This document shows, piece after piece, positions 58,783 to 64,000 of a stretch of DNA of 64,000 nt (position 1 is the stretch's first letter; each line of letters begins with the position of its first letter). Under the pieces are notes generated by a model. The model worked only from the letters and a program-made list of their open reading frames with translations. It did no database searches and was not told the DNA's origin. The translations under genes were made by a program, and so were the position numbers. The DNA comes from Mobula hypostoma (Eukaryota), in contig NC_086097.1 of assembly GCF_963921235.1 (NCBI RefSeq), positions 38,318,001 through 38,382,000 on the forward strand, read 5' to 3'.

Positions 58783-58919
58783 TAATTGTCTCATCTTTCT
58801 AGTAAATGCATTTCACTTAATAAATTGTATTTCAATAGCCAAAAATGTTTTTAAAAAGATACAGATTCATTAAGAAAGTACTTTTTTCTTTGCCAGGCAA
58901 AGTGCTGATTAGTTTTCAC

Positions 58920-60850
58920 AAACCAGATAAAATCTGCAGATGCTGGAAATCAAAGTAGCGCAGACAAAATGCTGCAGGAACTCAGCAGGCTAGGCAGCAT
59001 TTCTGGGAAAGAGTAAACAGTTGACGTTTCAGGCCAAGACTCTTCATCAGGACAGGAAAAAAGATGAGAAGTCAAAGTAAGAAGGTATGGGGAGGAGAAG
59101 AAGAAGTACAAGGGCGTAGGTGATAGGTGAAACCCGGAGAAGGGGAGAGCTTGAAGTAAAGAGCTCAGAAATCGATCGGTGAAAGAGATAAAGGGCTGGA
59201 GAAGGGGGAATCTGATAGGAGAGGACAGAAGGCAATGGAAGAAAGGGAAGGGGGAGGAGCAGGTAAGTAAATAAGGTAAGAGAGGGAAATAGGAATGGGG
59301 AATGGTGAAGAAGCGGGTGTGGGCAATTACCAGCAGTTTGAGAAATCGATGTTTATGCCATCAGGTTGGAGGCCATCAGATGGAATATAAGGTGTTGCTT
59401 CTCCAATCTGAGTGGGGCCTCATTGCAGCAGTAGAGGAAGCCATGGACTGACATATCGGAATGGGACTCGGAAGTGGAATTAAAATGGTTGGCCACTGGG
59501 AGATCCTGCTTTTTCCGGCAGAGTGTAGGTGCTTGGCGAAACAGTCTCCCAATCCATGTTGGGATGCAGATACACTGAGATACAGGAGGCCGCACCGGGA
59601 GCACCGGATACAGTAGATGACCCCAGCAGACTCACGGGTGAAGTGTCGCCTCACCTGGAAGGACTGTTTAGGGCCCTGGATGGTAGTGAGGGAGGAGGTG
59701 TAGGGGCAGGTGTAGCACTTGTTCTGCTTGCAAGGATGAGTGCCGGGAGGGAGATCAGTGGGGAGGGACGAATGGACAAGGGACACTCCTGGCACTATCC
59801 TTGTAAGTGGAACAAGTGCCACTCCTGCCCCTGCACCTCCTCCCTCACCACTGTTTAGGGCCCTAAACAGTCCTTCCAGGTAAGGTGACACTTCACCTGT
59901 GCGTCTTTTGGGGTCATCCACTGTGTCTGGTGCTCCCGGTGTGGCCTCCTGTATATCAGTGAGACCCGACGTAGATTGGGAGACCGTTTTGCTGAGCTCC
60001 TACGCTCCGTCTGCCAGAAACAGCAGGATCTCCCGATGGCCACACATTTCAATTCTACTTCCCATTCCGACATGTCAGTCCATGGCCTCCTCTACTGCTG
60101 CGATGAGGCCACACTCAGGTTGGAGGAGCGACACCTTGTATTCTGTCCGGGTAGTCTCCACCTGATGGCATGAACATCGATTTCTGGAACTTCCTGTAAT
60201 GCCCCCCAGCCACCCTCCCTTCACCGTTCCCCATTCCCATTTCCCTCTCACCTTATCTGATTACCTATCACCTCCTTCTGGGGCTCCTTCCCCCTTCCCT
60301 CTCTCCCATGGCCATCTGTCCTCTCCTATCAGATTCCCTTTCCTCCAGCCCTTTCTCTTTCACCAGAATCAGAATCAGGTTTATTATCACCGACATGTTT
60401 CATGAAGTTTGCTAACTTAGCAGCAGCAGTTCAATGCAATACGTAATATACAACAAGAAGAAAAAAGTAATTAAATAAGTAAATCAATCACAGTATACAT
60501 ATATTGAATAGATTAAAAATTGTGCAAAAAAACAGAAATATATTCAAAAAGTAAGTTAGTGTTCACGTGCTCAATGTCCATTTCAGAATCGGATGGCAGA
60601 GGGAAAGAAGCTGTTCCTGTATCACTAAGTGTGTGCCAATCAATTTCCCAGCTCTTTACTTCACCCCTCCCCTCTCCCCATTTCACCTATCACCTACTAC
60701 TTTGTACTTCTACCTCTCCTCCCCCCAACTTCTTACTTTGACTGCTCATTTCTTTTTTCCTGTCCCGATAAAGGGTCTTAGCCCGAAGCATTGACCTTTC
60801 CATAGATGCTGCCTGGTCTGCTGAGTTCCTCCAGCATTTTGTCTGTATTA
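58920..60850. mobile_element. Penelope-like element as a large inverted pair (- arm about 58920-59780, + arm about 59780-60850), with a Rex1-like tail inserted at about 60365-60635
   Basis: C..C.TCPY...FQVRRHFT.ESAGVIYCIRCSRCGLLY GIY-YIG remnants on both strands; flanked by the near-direct repeat ctgattagttttcac / ctgactagttttac. Confidence 0.88.
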
Positions 60851-61102
60851 CTGACTAGTTTTACCTGTATTTCAATAAATGTTGTAGATACAACTCAGCA
60901 GTGGTAATGTAATGTGAAATAAACTTTTAGATTCACAATGATATCTTCCATCTTCAATATTGTGTTTAATAATGTAATGAGTAATTAGAATATTGTCTAC
61001 CAAAATTACTTTAAATAATTTATGAAGATTAAGACATTTTATAATACATGCAAAATAGTTATTTAACTTAAATTCTTTATTGTTGCTTCCTCATTGAATT
61101 AG

Positions 61103-61327
<225 letters not shown>

Positions 61328-61509
61328 TAAGAAACGGGAGCAGGAGTCGGCCATCTGACAGGTCATTCAAAGAGATCATGATTGACATGGCTGCGGGCTC
61401 AGCTCCGCCCACCTGCCTTTTCCCCATTACCCACAATTCCCCTGCTGTGCAAAAATTCTAACTTTATTAAATTGATTGAATGAAGTTGTCTCTACTGCTG
61501 GGGCAGACA

Positions 61510-62920
61510 ATTCCACGGGTTTACAGATTTGTACAGACAGGATCTCCCTGTCGGGGAAATCCAAAGGAGGTGGAATTGTGTATACATTAACAAAAGGTTG
61601 ATGTACAAACTCATCTGTAGTTAGTAGTCATTGTTCTGGGCAATTGAATGTGTTACAATTAAATGCTGGCCACATGACCTGCTCAGGGAGTTTACTGTTA
61701 TCTTCATCATGGCTGTCTGCATTCCCCTGAGCACGAATGCCAAGGGAGAGCTTTACTGTATCATCAGCTCTCTACAAAACAAGCATCCGGACGTTCCCTT
61801 CATAATTGAAGGAGACTTCAATCACGTTAACCTGCAGGACATTTTACCCACAATTCCACCAACTCGTCACCATGGCCACTAGGGGAACAGACAGACTCAA
61901 CCATGTTATGCAGAAACAGTAGGCCACCCCATAAACAGAGAAGACACAGACATCAAGGAGTATGCCCCATCTGTCACCAGCCACATCAGTAAGGTGTGTA
62001 GACATCACTGGTACCTCAAGAACAGTCATCCCATGACCCAAGCAGAAGCCGTGGCTGAATGCAAAGGAGCTCAAAGTCCAGGATGCTGCCTACAAGTCTG
62101 GAGACAGAACAGTTCTCGGAGCAGCCAAGAGAAACCTCATCTTAGGCAGTCTTTTCCCTCTTGAATCTTACACAGGAAGGGAAACATCACTACTCACACC
62201 CCTCTTTACATTGCAAATTCAGGAGCACCAGTCTAACGACGCTTCCCAGCATATGTGGCTGGATATCAAGGGCATTACTGACTACACGAGGGAAAACAGC
62301 ATTGACTAGTGAATCCTTCCTCCCTCACGCTCTAAATAACTTCTGCGCGTGCTTCAATGAATGCAACACAATGCCAGCTGCAAAAGCTTCCCCCCCCCCT
62401 CCCCTCCCCAGGTGAGCAGCCATTGTCTGTAACAGCAGCAGATATGAGAAGGACTCTGCAGAATCAACTCTTGTAAGGCAGCCAGGACACACAACATCCC
62501 AGACTGAGTACTCAGAAAGTGTGTACATCAGCTCACTGACGTCTTCACGAACATCTTCAACACTTCACTCACCCAGGCCTGCTGTCCCCACATGCTTCAA
62601 TCAGCCACCATCATCCCTGTACCAAAGAACTCTACACCTTCAGAACTAAGTGACTACTGCCAATCATCATGAAGTGCTTTCAATGGCTAGTAATACGACA
62701 TATCAGAAACTCAACTCCTGCCACACTGGACACTCACCAATATGCTTACCCAAAGAACTGCTCTCCAGCAGATACCAAGAGCATCTGTCATGCACCTGAC
62801 CCTGGCACACCTAGAAAACAAGGACACTTATGTCAGAATGCTGTTACTGGATTTCAGTTCAGCATTTAACCCTATTGCCCGACAGACTTTGGTGAACAAA
62901 CTCCTACTCCTCAATCTAAC
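61510..62920 (+). mobile_element. Decayed Rex1/Babar LINE (endonuclease plus RT N-terminus)
   Basis: [34 protein letters not shown]. Confidence 0.82.
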
Positions 62921-64000
62921 TTCAGTCATACAGTGATCACTCTTTCCAAGAGGATTTCTAATTGCAAGATTGTTGTTTTTGCCTCTCTCATTGCACAGGG
63001 CCAGATCTAAGACAGGATGTTCTCTTATGGTTTTAGTAACATACTATACACAGATGCATTCTCTGAAGACCTCAGCGCTGCCTTTACTGACTTGTTTTAC
63101 CCAATTCAATCTGAAAGTCAAACTCGGACATGATAACTGCTGTTCCATTCATACGTGCATCCAATATTTCTTGGTTTATTGCTTGCACCGTTGTCATTGC
63201 TACCAAGATGGATTCAACATTCAGCTTATTACATCTTGTATCATCTCTTGTTATTGCCTTGATTTCATCCTTAATTTCACTCCCCTTTCTGCCTTTTGCA
63301 CTCATTGCCCTTTTAGAACCTAGTGATCTCAATGACCTTTGCTTTTGGCATTAAGAACGTTAGATGAATTACATTAACTTTTTAAAAAGTGCAATTAATG
63401 AATGTGAATTTTGGATATAAATTATGTATAAGTTATTGATTAGTCATAATTTTCAGTATGAAATCTACTGTAAGATGATTCTACTGTAGTTGTGTACTAA
63501 GGAAAGCAAAAACCATTTTCCCTGCAAATGTTCAAAGCTGAAATAATTGAATAGAAGTTTTGGTATAATTATACAATTACATTTACTTTTTATTATATTT
63601 CACCAAATTATGTACTTTAGTGCTGCATTTAGTGAAATTGTTGCACAGAGATTTTCCTACCAAATATATTACCATATAATATTACCATATTACCAACAAG
63701 GTGTGTTCCTCATCTTTACTTTTGAAGATATTTTGAGCCAATTAAATAAGTTTGTTTTTTGCTTGCATTACTTGAGAGTCGCTTAATGAAGCATCGTTAT
63801 ATATTACCAGTACAGTACTGATGCTTGTGTACATTTTTAAATAATCTTTAAAGTGATTAGGGTTCATAGTTTCTGCTTTCTCCCCAGTTCTCCACATCAT
63901 CAACAAATGTTGAAACTGGTGGATCACCCTTACTTTTTTTAAGTCTTCCTACAGTCCACTGAATTTAAAATCCATGCTTGATATCACCTGATTGCATGTT

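Overview
Vertebrate genomic DNA. The repeat complement (V-SINE/HE1-like SINEs, CR1, Rex1/Babar, Penelope) suggests a cartilaginous fish, probably a ray; this is inferred, not proven. The window lies inside one + strand gene, echinoderm microtubule-associated protein-like 5 (EML5; EML6 is the closest alternative). I traced 18 internal GT-AG coding exons (4812-61304) that splice into one uninterrupted frame encoding WD40/HELP (TAPE) repeats; start and stop codons lie outside the window. The introns hold decayed and nested transposons: CR1 LINEs (some with an SGNH-esterase ORF1), Rex1/Babar LINEs, tRNA-derived SINEs, Tc1 and Tigger/pogo remnants, and Penelope-like (GIY-YIG) fragments. The most notable signal is a family of short Penelope-derived fold-back insertions, most flanked by target-site duplications (TSDs). 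They carry a minimal type I hammerhead ribozyme motif (CTGACGA-stem II-GAAACGTC), and their inversion junctions repeatedly fall inside that motif. Other leads: a separate 59-bp-arm hairpin, inverted LINE pairs around an in-frame 744-nt exon block, a recursive-splice-like exon start, and several competing splice sites. Most ORF-track entries are TE fragments or chance ORFs. Exon boundaries were read by hand; TE boundaries are approximate.
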